64,000 nt of DNA from Candidatus Latescibacterota bacterium. GTDB taxonomy: Bacteria > Latescibacterota > UBA2968 > UBA8231. The stretch lies in assembly GCA_965242865.1 (NCBI GenBank), contig CBDETK010000013.1:896001-960000 (forward strand), in the 5' to 3' direction. This document shows positions 56,084 through 64,000 of this stretch, piece by piece (the stretch's first letter is position 1; the number at the start of each line of letters is the position of its first letter). The notes under the pieces are model-generated. The model ran no database searches and was not told the DNA's origin. It was given only the letters and a program-made list of their open reading frames with translations. The translations under genes were made by a program, and so were the position numbers.

Positions 56084-57010
56084 ATGGGCAATTGGTCCGC
56101 TCTACAAACCGAACAGCGCAATCCGGCCACTGAGCGCATCGACGAGGTCTCGACGCTGGAGATGCTGGCGCTCATCAATCGAGAAGACGCCCTCGTGCCG
56201 GCCACGGTCGCCACGCAATTGACGCCCATTGCCGACGCGGTTGACTTGGTGGCCAGCCAACTCGGAAACGGAGGTCGCCTGTTCTACCTCGGCGCGGGGA
56301 CCAGCGGGCGGCTCGGCGTGCTAGACGCCGCTGAATGCCCCCCCACCTTTGGCACCCCCCCCCAGTGGGTGCAGGGCCTGATCGCCGGCGGGCCAACGGC
56401 CTTGGGCCAAGCCGTAGAAGGCGCGGAGGACGACTGGGAGGCCGCGCCCCGTGCATTATCGCAGCGGGGCTTGGCGCCGGCCGACGTGGTCATGGGCATT
56501 GCCGCTAGCGGCGTAACCCCTTTTGTTATCAGCGGCCTACAACACGCCATCCAGCGGCCGTGCCCGACGATCTTTTTTACGTGTAATCCCACAGCCGCCG
56601 AAGCCGTGGCCGCCTCGATCAAGATCGTCCCCGAGGTCGGCCCGGAAGTCATCACCGGATCAACGCGGATGAAGGCCGGGACCGCGACTAAGCTGGTCCT
56701 CAACATGATCAGCACCGGCGTCATGGTGAAATTGGGCAAGACTTATGGCAACCTCATGGTCGATCTCCAACCCACCAATGCCAAGTTGCGCGACCGCGCC
56801 GAGCGCATCTTGGCGACCCTGACCGAGGCCTCGCCGCAAGCGGCCGCGGCCCGGCTGCACGCGGCCCAAGGCAGCCTGAAGCTGGCACTGGTCATGGAGT
56901 GGTGCCACCTAGAGTACCCCCAAGCCCAACGCCTCCTCGACGCCTGCGGCGGAAGCGTCAAGGCCGCCACCCTCGCCACTGGAGCAGCCCCTTGCAAAAC
57001 GCAACCCTAG
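56084..57010 (+). CDS. murQ: N-acetylmuramic acid 6-phosphate etherase
   Basis: GAGTSGRLGVLDAAECPPTF, GSTRMKAGTA, GNLMVD. Confidence 0.96.
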   Translation: MGNWSALQTEQRNPATERIDEVSTLEMLALINREDALVPATVATQLTPIADAVDLVASQLGNGGRLFYLGAGTSGRLGVLDAAECPPTFGTPPQWVQGLIAGGPTALGQAVEGAEDDWEAAPRALSQRGLAPADVVMGIAASGVTPFVISGLQHAIQRPCPTIFFTCNPTAAEAVAASIKIVPEVGPEVITGSTRMKAGTATKLVLNMISTGVMVKLGKTYGNLMVDLQPTNAKLRDRAERILATLTEASPQAAAARLHAAQGSLKLALVMEWCHLEYPQAQRLLDACGGSVKAATLATGAAPCKTQP

Positions 57011-58110
57011 GCCACCTCATACCCACCCCCGGCCAAGCCGTGGGCGATTTAGAGACCCCGGTGCTGCTGCTCGATCTCGAGCGCTTTGAAGCCAATGTGC
57101 GGCACTTGGCCGCGTATTGCCGCGACCACGGTAAGGCGTGGCGGCCCCACAGCAAGGCGCACAAATCGCCGGCCATCGCCCACATCGAACTGGCCAACGG
57201 GGCCTGTGGCATCACCTGCGCCAAACTGAGCGAAGCCGAGTGGATGGTCGCGCATGGCGTCCCTTCCATCTTGCTGGCCAACCAGATCGTCACCCCGGGG
57301 AAATTCGCCGCCCTAGCTCGCCTGCAGCACCAAGCCCAAGTCATTGCCGCCGTGGACAATATCGCGGTCGTCGAACCTATGGCCGTGGCGGCCGAGGCCG
57401 AGGGGGCCTGCATCCCGGTGGTCGTGGAGATCGACATTGGCATGAAGCGGGTCGGCGCGGTGCCGGGGGCTCCGGTCCTCGCTTTGTCCCGGGCCATCAG
57501 CGACCAACCTCGGCTGGCGTTCAAGGGGCTGATGGGCTACGAGGGGCACGCGCTCGACTGCTGGCCGCACTCGGCCAAGCAAAGGGCCTGTTACCAAGCA
57601 CTCGATCTATTAGTAGAGGCGCGCAATGGGCTCGAAGACAACGGGATCCCAGTGGAGATCGTCAGCGCGGGCGGCACGGGTTCATACGAGATCAGCGCCC
57701 TCCACGACGGAATCACCGAAATTCAAGCCGGCGGCGGCGTGTTCATGGACGCCATGTATCGCCGGACCTGTCACGTCGAACCCCTCGCCCCGGCCCTCAC
57801 GGTGCTCACCACGGTTACGAGCCGCGCGGCCGACCGGGTCGTCGTCGATGCCGGCTTTAAGACCCTGTCCTCCGACCACCAGCCGCCGGAGGTGCTCGGG
57901 CGCGACGATCTGCATTTGCGCTACTTGTCTGCTGAACACGGAGTGTTCGACATCGCCCAAGGCCGAGCCGGGCCGGCCTTGGGCGAGCGCCTTGAACTGC
58001 TCGTCGGCTATTCGGATTCGACGACTTTCCTCCACAATTACTTCGTCGCCGTCCGCCAGGGGCGCGTGGAGAAAATATGGGACATCTCGGCGCGGGGCCT
58101 TTTGCTCTGA
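56992..58110 (+). CDS. DSD1/D-threonine aldolase family PLP enzyme
   Basis: RPHSKAHK, GLMGYEGH, SAGGTG, SAEHG; start approximate. Confidence 0.87.
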   Translation: MQNATLGHLIPTPGQAVGDLETPVLLLDLERFEANVRHLAAYCRDHGKAWRPHSKAHKSPAIAHIELANGACGITCAKLSEAEWMVAHGVPSILLANQIVTPGKFAALARLQHQAQVIAAVDNIAVVEPMAVAAEAEGACIPVVVEIDIGMKRVGAVPGAPVLALSRAISDQPRLAFKGLMGYEGHALDCWPHSAKQRACYQALDLLVEARNGLEDNGIPVEIVSAGGTGSYEISALHDGITEIQAGGGVFMDAMYRRTCHVEPLAPALTVLTTVTSRAADRVVVDAGFKTLSSDHQPPEVLGRDDLHLRYLSAEHGVFDIAQGRAGPALGERLELLVGYSDSTTFLHNYFVAVRQGRVEKIWDISARGLLL

Positions 58111-58145
58111 CGCCGATTCACCGCAACGGACAACGGAGAACGCAG

Positions 58146-58430
58146 ATGACTAAAGCCGAGATCGCCCAGCAGCTAGCCCACAGTACTGGGCTTTGCCAAG
58201 TGGATACCGCGGCCGTTATCGAAGGCTTCATCGAAGCCATAGCCCAAGCCCTAGCCGAGGGCGACCGCGTCGAACTGCGCGGCTTTGGCACCTTCAAGGT
58301 CGTGGACCGCGCCCCGCGCACCGGCCGCAACCCCAAAGCCGGCGCGACCATTGCAATCCCCAAGCGCAAGGCCCCGACCTTTAAGCCTTCCGACGCCGTC
58401 AAGAGCCGAATCGTCCAGCGCACCCCATGA
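58146..58430 (+). CDS. HU/IHF family DNA-binding protein (second copy)
   Basis: MTKAEIA, ELRGFGTF, GRNPK, PTFKPS. Confidence 0.92.
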   Translation: MTKAEIAQQLAHSTGLCQVDTAAVIEGFIEAIAQALAEGDRVELRGFGTFKVVDRAPRTGRNPKAGATIAIPKRKAPTFKPSDAVKSRIVQRTP

Positions 58431-59536
58431 ACCTGCTGTTGATTTCGGTCGATAGCTTGCGCTTGGATTTTGCCCCGGGAGTTAGTGCAACCGTGCGCAC
58501 GCCCCGATTTTCCGACTTGACGCGCGATTTTCACCTCTGCCCGCACTGCTTTTCGGTTTCTTCGGCAACTCGCCCGGTCCACACCTCGCTTTTTACCGGG
58601 CTGTACCCGTTTGAACACGGCATCGAAGGCCAGCAGTCGCCCGCGATGCGGCAGGGCGTTGCCGATCTCTTCGACCTTTGCCAACACGCCGGCTATGCCG
58701 TCGGCGCGTTCTCAGAGGCTCCAGACATTTTCACCGGTCTGAGCTACGCCGACCGCATCGCCCCCTTGCCCGGCGACGAGCCGCTTGCCGGTTGGTTACA
58801 ACGCCGCGCACCGACCGTGGTCTTTGTTCACTACTGGAGCGTTCATCCCCCGTACGGCGCCGCAGACGGGCGGGCCTTTGGGGAGGTGGGCCGGTTGCTA
58901 GCGGCGGGGCGCATCGACTTGGTGCAGACGCGCTATCGCGCTGCCATTGAACAGCTCTTTGAGCGGCACATCGCCCGGTTGCTGGCGGCTTTGGACCGGA
59001 GCGCGTGGGCCGTTTTCATCATCAGCGATCACGGCCAGAGTTGGCGGGCCGACGAACCCTATCACGGCCAGACCCTGTGCAACGACGTGTTGCGGGTGCC
59101 TTTGTACTACCGCCTGCCCGGCGCGGACAACCCCGCCCCGGGACGCGGGTTAATTTCCCTCGTCGATCTGTTCCCTACCTTCCTGTCGCTCTTGGAGTTA
59201 GAGCATCCCTACCGCGGCTTTGCCCGCGACATTCGCTCCCCGCTCTCGCCCCAGTACTACCTCGCTGAAATCGACCCCGGCCCAACGGCCCCTCACTATG
59301 GTCGCCAGTGGTCGCTGTTTGACGCGGACGCCAAATTCAGCTACGACGAAGCGACTCAACGCGAGAGCTTGGTCTCCACCTTCAGCGAAACGCCGCGCTC
59401 GGCCTTGGGCCACCAGTACCACGCGGCTTATGCCGCGCTCAAGGCCGCGTCGAACTACGGGCACGCGGATTGGGGACCGGCCGTCGATCGCACGGTGTTG
59501 GAGCAGCGGCTGCGGCAGTTGGGCTATCTAGAGTGA
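58427..59536 (+). CDS. Sulfatase-like/alkaline phosphatase superfamily hydrolase
   Basis: ISVDSLR, TRPVHTSLFTGLYP..HG, SDHG, LRQLGYLE. Confidence 0.85.
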   Translation: MNLLLISVDSLRLDFAPGVSATVRTPRFSDLTRDFHLCPHCFSVSSATRPVHTSLFTGLYPFEHGIEGQQSPAMRQGVADLFDLCQHAGYAVGAFSEAPDIFTGLSYADRIAPLPGDEPLAGWLQRRAPTVVFVHYWSVHPPYGAADGRAFGEVGRLLAAGRIDLVQTRYRAAIEQLFERHIARLLAALDRSAWAVFIISDHGQSWRADEPYHGQTLCNDVLRVPLYYRLPGADNPAPGRGLISLVDLFPTFLSLLELEHPYRGFARDIRSPLSPQYYLAEIDPGPTAPHYGRQWSLFDADAKFSYDEATQRESLVSTFSETPRSALGHQYHAAYAALKAASNYGHADWGPAVDRTVLEQRLRQLGYLE

Positions 59537-59576
59537 GTCACGGTGGTGTATTCGTTTGAAATGAAAGGAGACAGGT

Positions 59577-59912
59577 ATGGATGTCAGAAATGAGGTCTGC
59601 TACAGGGTGCAGCAGTCGCGCCGGCAGGCGGGAATAACCCAAGAGAAGCTAGCAGAGCTTACGGGACTTAGCGTGGATGGGATCAGGAAAATCGAGGGCC
59701 GGCGAGCGACGCCGAGCCTAGAAACGCTCTATAAAATTGCAAAAGCGTTGCGGATACAGCTCGTGGATTTGATGCGATATGAAGAGGAAATGCAAACGGA
59801 AAAGGGCCGAGAGCTCCAAGAGTTTCGCATGTATTTATCGACGAAAAAGCTGGAGGAGATTAGGCTGGCTAAGCGGATAACAAAAGCAGTGATGGAAGAA
59901 CTGGACGAATAA
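59577..59912 (+). CDS. XRE-family HTH regulator
   Basis: TQEKLAE..GLS, IE..RATPSL..L.KIA.AL. Confidence 0.9.
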   Translation: MDVRNEVCYRVQQSRRQAGITQEKLAELTGLSVDGIRKIEGRRATPSLETLYKIAKALRIQLVDLMRYEEEMQTEKGRELQEFRMYLSTKKLEEIRLAKRITKAVMEELDE

Positions 59913-59942
59913 CGAGCAGTCCGAAACGAGCCCGTATAGACT

Positions 59943-61520
59943 TCACGCCTGTTCCATCTCAAAGGCGACCACAGTGCGCGTCTGCGGGCTAAACTCCACG
60001 CCCACAAGGTAAATCGCCGCCCCGCGCCCGCGATACTTGGCCGCGTAGTCCCGCGCCTGCAACTGACCCAACGCCGACCCCGACGGAGACCGTTCCACCA
60101 CCTTGAACTCGAACAGATACACGTTCTCATTGAACGCCACCGCCATGTCCAACCGTCCCTCCCGGCTGCTGTCCTCCACCGTAATCGAAAGCCCCAGCGA
60201 CGCAAAGTACGAGTAAAACACGCTGGCGTAATAGCCCTCGTAGTGAGCAATCTCATTATTCGTATGCCACTGATAGGGAATGCTGGCAAAGAACGCCTTG
60301 AATAGGGCTTCCAAACCCGCGAAGTCGTTGACCAGCAGCAGATCGTACAGCCGCGCACTGTGCTCAACTCGGCGCGCCGGGTTGCCCGTCAGGTGGCTCA
60401 GCAAGCTCTTGTTCAGGCTCTGCTGCACCTCCCGATTGGGATAGCCCAGCCGATAGTAGGGCTCCCCGCCGCGCACCTCGGCGCGGCGAATAGTCAGGTA
60501 GCCGGTCTGGAACAGCAACGCCTCCGTCGCAATGTGATCCACGTCAAACGACGACAGCAACTCCTCGCTGCCCAGCAGATCCTCCAACGCCAAGGAGCTA
60601 ATCCCCCGCTCCAACAACATCTCCAGCAGAAACGTCGGCGTTCCCGTCTCAAACCAATAGGGCGCGAACTGGCGGCGGTCGAACAGCAGGAGGACATCAA
60701 AGGGGTTGTACACTTGTTCCTCCCCCAGCCAGTTGTAGCCATTGTACCACGTGCGGATGGCTTCGCGGTCCAAGCCGGGCAGTTCCGCGGCAAACACCGC
60801 GTCCAAGTCCGCCTCCGTGTAGCCGCAAATCGCCGAGTAGCGCGGGTCTAAGGTAATGTCTTTGAGGTTGTTGAGGCCGGAGAATAGGCTGACCTTGGAA
60901 AACTTGCTCACCCCAGTGAGAAAGCTAAACGCGATGTGCGCGTCGCAGTCCTTGATCGTCGAATACAATCCGCGCAGGAAGTCGCGGTTCGCCCGCGCCA
61001 CCTCCGGCACCTCTAGCGCGTCTAAGATCGGCTTGTCGTACTCGTCAATCAGCACCACCACCCGGCGACCAGTCTGTTGATGCAGCATCTTCAGCACATG
61101 CCGGAAACGCCCCCGTGCCGTGTCGTAGCTGGCCTCCACCGAAACCGCACGCTCCACCTCGTCCAACTGCTCCAGCACGTCTTGGTGCAGGTCGCCCGGA
61201 TCCTTGAAATGGCCGCTGCCAAAGCTCAGCCGCACCACCGGATGGCGCACCGACCAGTCCCACTGCGGGTGGATGGCCAATCCCGCAAACAGCGGCTCGT
61301 TGCCCGCGAACAATTCCTTCAGCGTATCCAGAAACAGGCTCTTGCCAAACCGACGAGGACGAGACAGAAAATAGTGCTTGCCCTCGGCCACTAACCCACC
61401 GATGTAGCCAGTCTTATCGACGTAGTAGCAGTTATCCTCGCGGATCTCGCGGAAGGTCTGAATGCCAATGGGCAATTTGCGACGAGCCGACGGACCCGCG
61501 TCAGGTTTTATCAGTAGCAT
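59943..61520 (-). CDS. AAA-ATPase-like protein with C-terminal PD-(D/E)xK nuclease
   Basis: LPIGIQTF, SRPRRFGKS, LIDEYDKP, GRLD...FEFK. Confidence 0.9.
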   Translation of the reverse strand: MLLIKPDAGPSARRKLPIGIQTFREIREDNCYYVDKTGYIGGLVAEGKHYFLSRPRRFGKSLFLDTLKELFAGNEPLFAGLAIHPQWDWSVRHPVVRLSFGSGHFKDPGDLHQDVLEQLDEVERAVSVEASYDTARGRFRHVLKMLHQQTGRRVVVLIDEYDKPILDALEVPEVARANRDFLRGLYSTIKDCDAHIAFSFLTGVSKFSKVSLFSGLNNLKDITLDPRYSAICGYTEADLDAVFAAELPGLDREAIRTWYNGYNWLGEEQVYNPFDVLLLFDRRQFAPYWFETGTPTFLLEMLLERGISSLALEDLLGSEELLSSFDVDHIATEALLFQTGYLTIRRAEVRGGEPYYRLGYPNREVQQSLNKSLLSHLTGNPARRVEHSARLYDLLLVNDFAGLEALFKAFFASIPYQWHTNNEIAHYEGYYASVFYSYFASLGLSITVEDSSREGRLDMAVAFNENVYLFEFKVVERSPSGSALGQLQARDYAAKYRGRGAAIYLVGVEFSPQTRTVVAFEMEQA

Positions 61521-61661
61521 AGCTTGATCCACCTCAACGTGTAGCTTGGGCAGGTACGGACCTAGTACCGACAAGATAGACGACCGGGACAACCCATGCA
61601 AAGAGGAATTGGCTACCGAGCGCCGACTGTACGCGCTTGCAACAGCGGCTGAGACTTTGGC

Positions 61662-62222
61662 TTATCTCGACCGCTCGGAGGCGACGAACTCGGGTTTTAG
61701 GGCCTGATAATCGGCCCCCAAGCGGGCAAAGATGTCGGCCCAGCGGCGCGGGTAGGACGGATGGCTGCTATTGGGCGCGAAGCCCAACTTGAGATAGCAG
61801 CGCAGGGCCGGAAGGCGGAAGTCGTCGGTCAGCAGGTATATGGGCCGTGGTCCCAACGACTTGGCTTGGGCCACCGCCGCCCCGACGATCAACTTGCTCA
61901 AGCCGCGCCCCTGAAAGGCCGGATGGACCGCAACCCAACCGATTTCCCAACAAGGCCGCAGCTCGCGGGTGCGGTCGTTGCAACCCGTACAGGCGACGAT
62001 CTGCCCCTCGCACTCAACAAAGAGCTGGACCCGAGTTTCTTTTAGGACGCTCTCTAGCCGCGGCCGGTCCCAACGGCCCAATTCGCCGTTGGCTTGCAAT
62101 AGGGCCAACCAGCCCTCCTCGTCGCCCGGGCGATACGTCCGCAGCCGATAGCCGGCCCTTTCCGACCAGTCCGGGGCCGCCTCGCGTCCATACCAGAGGA
62201 TGAGTTGGGGTGCGGGATTCAA
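61662..62222 (-). CDS. GNAT N-acetyltransferase
   Basis: VAVHPAFQGRGL, YLKLGF. Confidence 0.88.
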   Translation of the reverse strand: MNPAPQLILWYGREAAPDWSERAGYRLRTYRPGDEEGWLALLQANGELGRWDRPRLESVLKETRVQLFVECEGQIVACTGCNDRTRELRPCWEIGWVAVHPAFQGRGLSKLIVGAAVAQAKSLGPRPIYLLTDDFRLPALRCYLKLGFAPNSSHPSYPRRWADIFARLGADYQALKPEFVASERSR

Positions 62223-62629
62223 GGGCGGCTTTCCCGACGCCGAAAGAGAGACGACTTAAACTGCTCGGGGCGATGGGGTTGGAGAACGACGATTTCGCAC
62301 TGGGGGAAGGCTTCGGCCAAGCCGGCGGGCCTCCTTTGATCGTAGCCGAGGGCAATGATGTGGGGAGCAACCTCGCCGACGACGCGCAAAAAGTTACACC
62401 CCTCGTGGCCGAGGCGGACTTCGGCGACTTCGGGCAGCTTTGCCAGCGCGGCTTTGCGCTCCTCTTGGGATTGGTCTGGATAGTACCCCTTGATGCGCCG
62501 GACGTTTTCGTCGCGAGCTACCACCACGAACAGTTCGTCGCCCAGCGCAGCCGCCTGCGCGATGAAGGAGCGATGCCCCGGATGCAGGTAATCAAAAGTG
62601 CCGCAGCACAATACGCGCGTTTTATTCAT
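62219..62629 (-). CDS. RibL-like FAD synthetase / cytidylyltransferase family
   Basis: GTFDYLHPGH, VVVARD, IALGYDQ, KSS. Confidence 0.75.
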   Translation of the reverse strand: MNKTRVLCCGTFDYLHPGHRSFIAQAAALGDELFVVVARDENVRRIKGYYPDQSQEERKAALAKLPEVAEVRLGHEGCNFLRVVGEVAPHIIALGYDQRRPAGLAEAFPQCEIVVLQPHRPEQFKSSLFRRRESRP

Positions 62630-63077
62630 CGGTGCGTCGGTCTATCCAATACTCGACACTGTGGTCCTTGGCAAAAATGCGGCCAAAACGGTCGGCGTCG
62701 GCGTGCGTGGCAAAATAGCCGATCCGCACCCGCGCTCCGGCAGCGCTGTGGACGCTATAGGCCGGATAGCCCTCGTCCTTCAATTGGCGCACCCTCCGAC
62801 CGGCGCGCTGAGCGTCCCGATAGACGCCGACTTGAATGGTGAATTGGCCATCGGGATCAAAAAACACTGGGCTGGGAGCGCTGGGAGCGCTGGGAGCGGC
62901 TGCGGCTGGAGCGGCCTCAGCCCCAGAGTCAGCCGGCGTTAAGACTACGATCTCGCGGCGACTAGCCGGTTCGGGTTTGGGTTCGGGTTCGGGGGCCCCG
63001 TTGTCGGCACATCCCCCGGCCCAGAGGGCGGCCCCAGTGAGCATCCACAACAGCCGATTGAAATTCGCCGCGCTCAA
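62622..63077 (-). CDS. SPOR-domain lipoprotein
   Basis: AGGC lipobox, P/A-rich linker, FTIQVGVY...RVRIG. Confidence 0.8.
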   Translation of the reverse strand: MSAANFNRLLWMLTGAALWAGGCADNGAPEPEPKPEPASRREIVVLTPADSGAEAAPAAAAPSAPSAPSPVFFDPDGQFTIQVGVYRDAQRAGRRVRQLKDEGYPAYSVHSAAGARVRIGYFATHADADRFGRIFAKDHSVEYWIDRRTDE

Positions 63078-64000
63078 TGCACGGCCTTGAGGGCGGCAAA
63101 GTGAATGCGGAGCGTTTCTTCGATATCCCCTTCCCCGTGGGCGAGCGAGGGAAACATACATTCGTATTGAGAGGGAGCCAGATAAAGGCCCCGCTCTAGA
63201 CAGGCCCAGAAGTAGTGCTTAAAGCGCACCAGATCCACCGTGCCGACGCTGGCAAAATCCACCACCGGGCACGCGGTAAAAAACAGGCAGAGCATGGCGC
63301 CAACCCGGTTTATCGCGTAGTTCAAGCCCAGTTTTTGCAGGTTGTCGGCCATGCCGGCCGCCAAGTCCGCGCAACGCCTCTCCAGCGTTTCGTACGTCCC
63401 GGGTTCGGACAGCATGTTCAATTGCGCCAAGCCAGCGGCCATGGCGAGCGGGTTGCCCGATAAGGTGCCGGCCTGCGAGACCTTGATGCCCAGCGGCGAC
63501 GCGTTTTCCATGATCTCTCGCTTGCCGCCGTATGCGGCCGCCGGCAAGCCGCCGCCGACGATCTTGCCCAAACACGTCAAATCGGGCATCACGCCATATC
63601 GCTCTTGCGCCCCGCCCGGGCCAATTCGGAACCCCGTGATGACCTCGTCGAAGATGAGGACGATGCCCTCTTCGTCGGCTATTTGGCGCAGCGCGGGAAG
63701 AAACCCCTCGCCCGGAAGCACGGTTCCCATGTTACCCGCCACGGGCTCGACGATGATGGCCGCGATTTGGCCGCTGTTTTCTCGCGCGGCCGCCCGCACG
63801 GCAGCCGCGTCGTTGTACGGCAGGGTCAGGGTTGAATCAACCACGCTTTGCGGCACCCCGGGACTCGTGGGAACGCCCAAGGTCAGGGCCGACGACCCGG
63901 CCTCGCTCAAGAAGCTGTCCCCGTGCCCGTGCCAGCAGCCCTCGAATTTGGCGATTTTGTCCCGGCCGGTATGGCCGCGGGCTAGACGCACCGCCGCCAT
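63074..64000 (-). CDS. hemL: Glutamate-1-semialdehyde 2,1-aminomutase (5' end outside window)
   Basis: KFEGCWHGH, FDEVITGFR, GKIVGGGLP, QAGTLSGNP, PSQYE. Confidence 0.96.
   Translation of the reverse strand: MAAVRLARGHTGRDKIAKFEGCWHGHGDSFLSEAGSSALTLGVPTSPGVPQSVVDSTLTLPYNDAAAVRAAARENSGQIAAIIVEPVAGNMGTVLPGEGFLPALRQIADEEGIVLIFDEVITGFRIGPGGAQERYGVMPDLTCLGKIVGGGLPAAAYGGKREIMENASPLGIKVSQAGTLSGNPLAMAAGLAQLNMLSEPGTYETLERRCADLAAGMADNLQKLGLNYAINRVGAMLCLFFTACPVVDFASVGTVDLVRFKHYFWACLERGLYLAPSQYECMFPSLAHGEGDIEETLRIHFAALKAVH

Noticed and set aside
62871-62898. 9-bp repeat GCTGGGAGC x3 as a contingency locus
   Set aside because: In-frame Ala-Pro-Ser linker repeat; low copy and no frameshift potential.
103-64000. 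Numerous overlapping alternative-frame ORFs in the ORF track
   Set aside because: Typical high-GC shadow ORFs overlapping well-supported genes.

Overview
High-GC bacterial chromosome segment, mostly housekeeping. Left of ~31 kb, most genes are on the + strand: mreBC, three tRNAs, ychF, thrC, a cystathionine gamma-synthase, prs x2, apt, rsgA, hprK, mutL. Right of ~32.6 kb, most are on the - strand: leuS, asnS, pnp, rpsO, truB, rbfA, infB, nusA, rimP, der, tRNA-Gly, miaA, rqcH, valS. The two arms converge on a tyrosine recombinase (31487-32467), which suggests the replication terminus. The recombinase has a perfect palindromic Xer/lox-like site upstream (TATACTACCGATAA-CGGGCA-TTATCGGTAGTATA) overlapping a sigma70-like promoter, and a canonical dif-like site downstream. 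Inverted copies of the spacer plus one arm of the palindrome lie upstream of each of two paralogous LRR lipoprotein genes that flank mutL. This points to a recombinase-driven promoter-inversion or cassette system. One LRR cassette sits at the mutL ribosome-binding site with a 21-bp duplication. Six dif-like 28-bp sites are dispersed through the window, all pointing toward the recombinase locus, and three overlap start codons (apt, leuS, miaA). Other points: McrBC with an unusual N-terminal domain, a TPAT-type TRAP transporter, a VapBC pair, an Rpn gene with an internal start, split FAD synthesis (stand-alone riboflavin kinase plus RibL-like enzyme), a plant-type thrC/CGS pair, a degenerate PRPP synthetase paralog, rimP without a canonical start codon, and small genes missed by the ORF track. 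Gene calls rest on motif recognition only; no searches were run.
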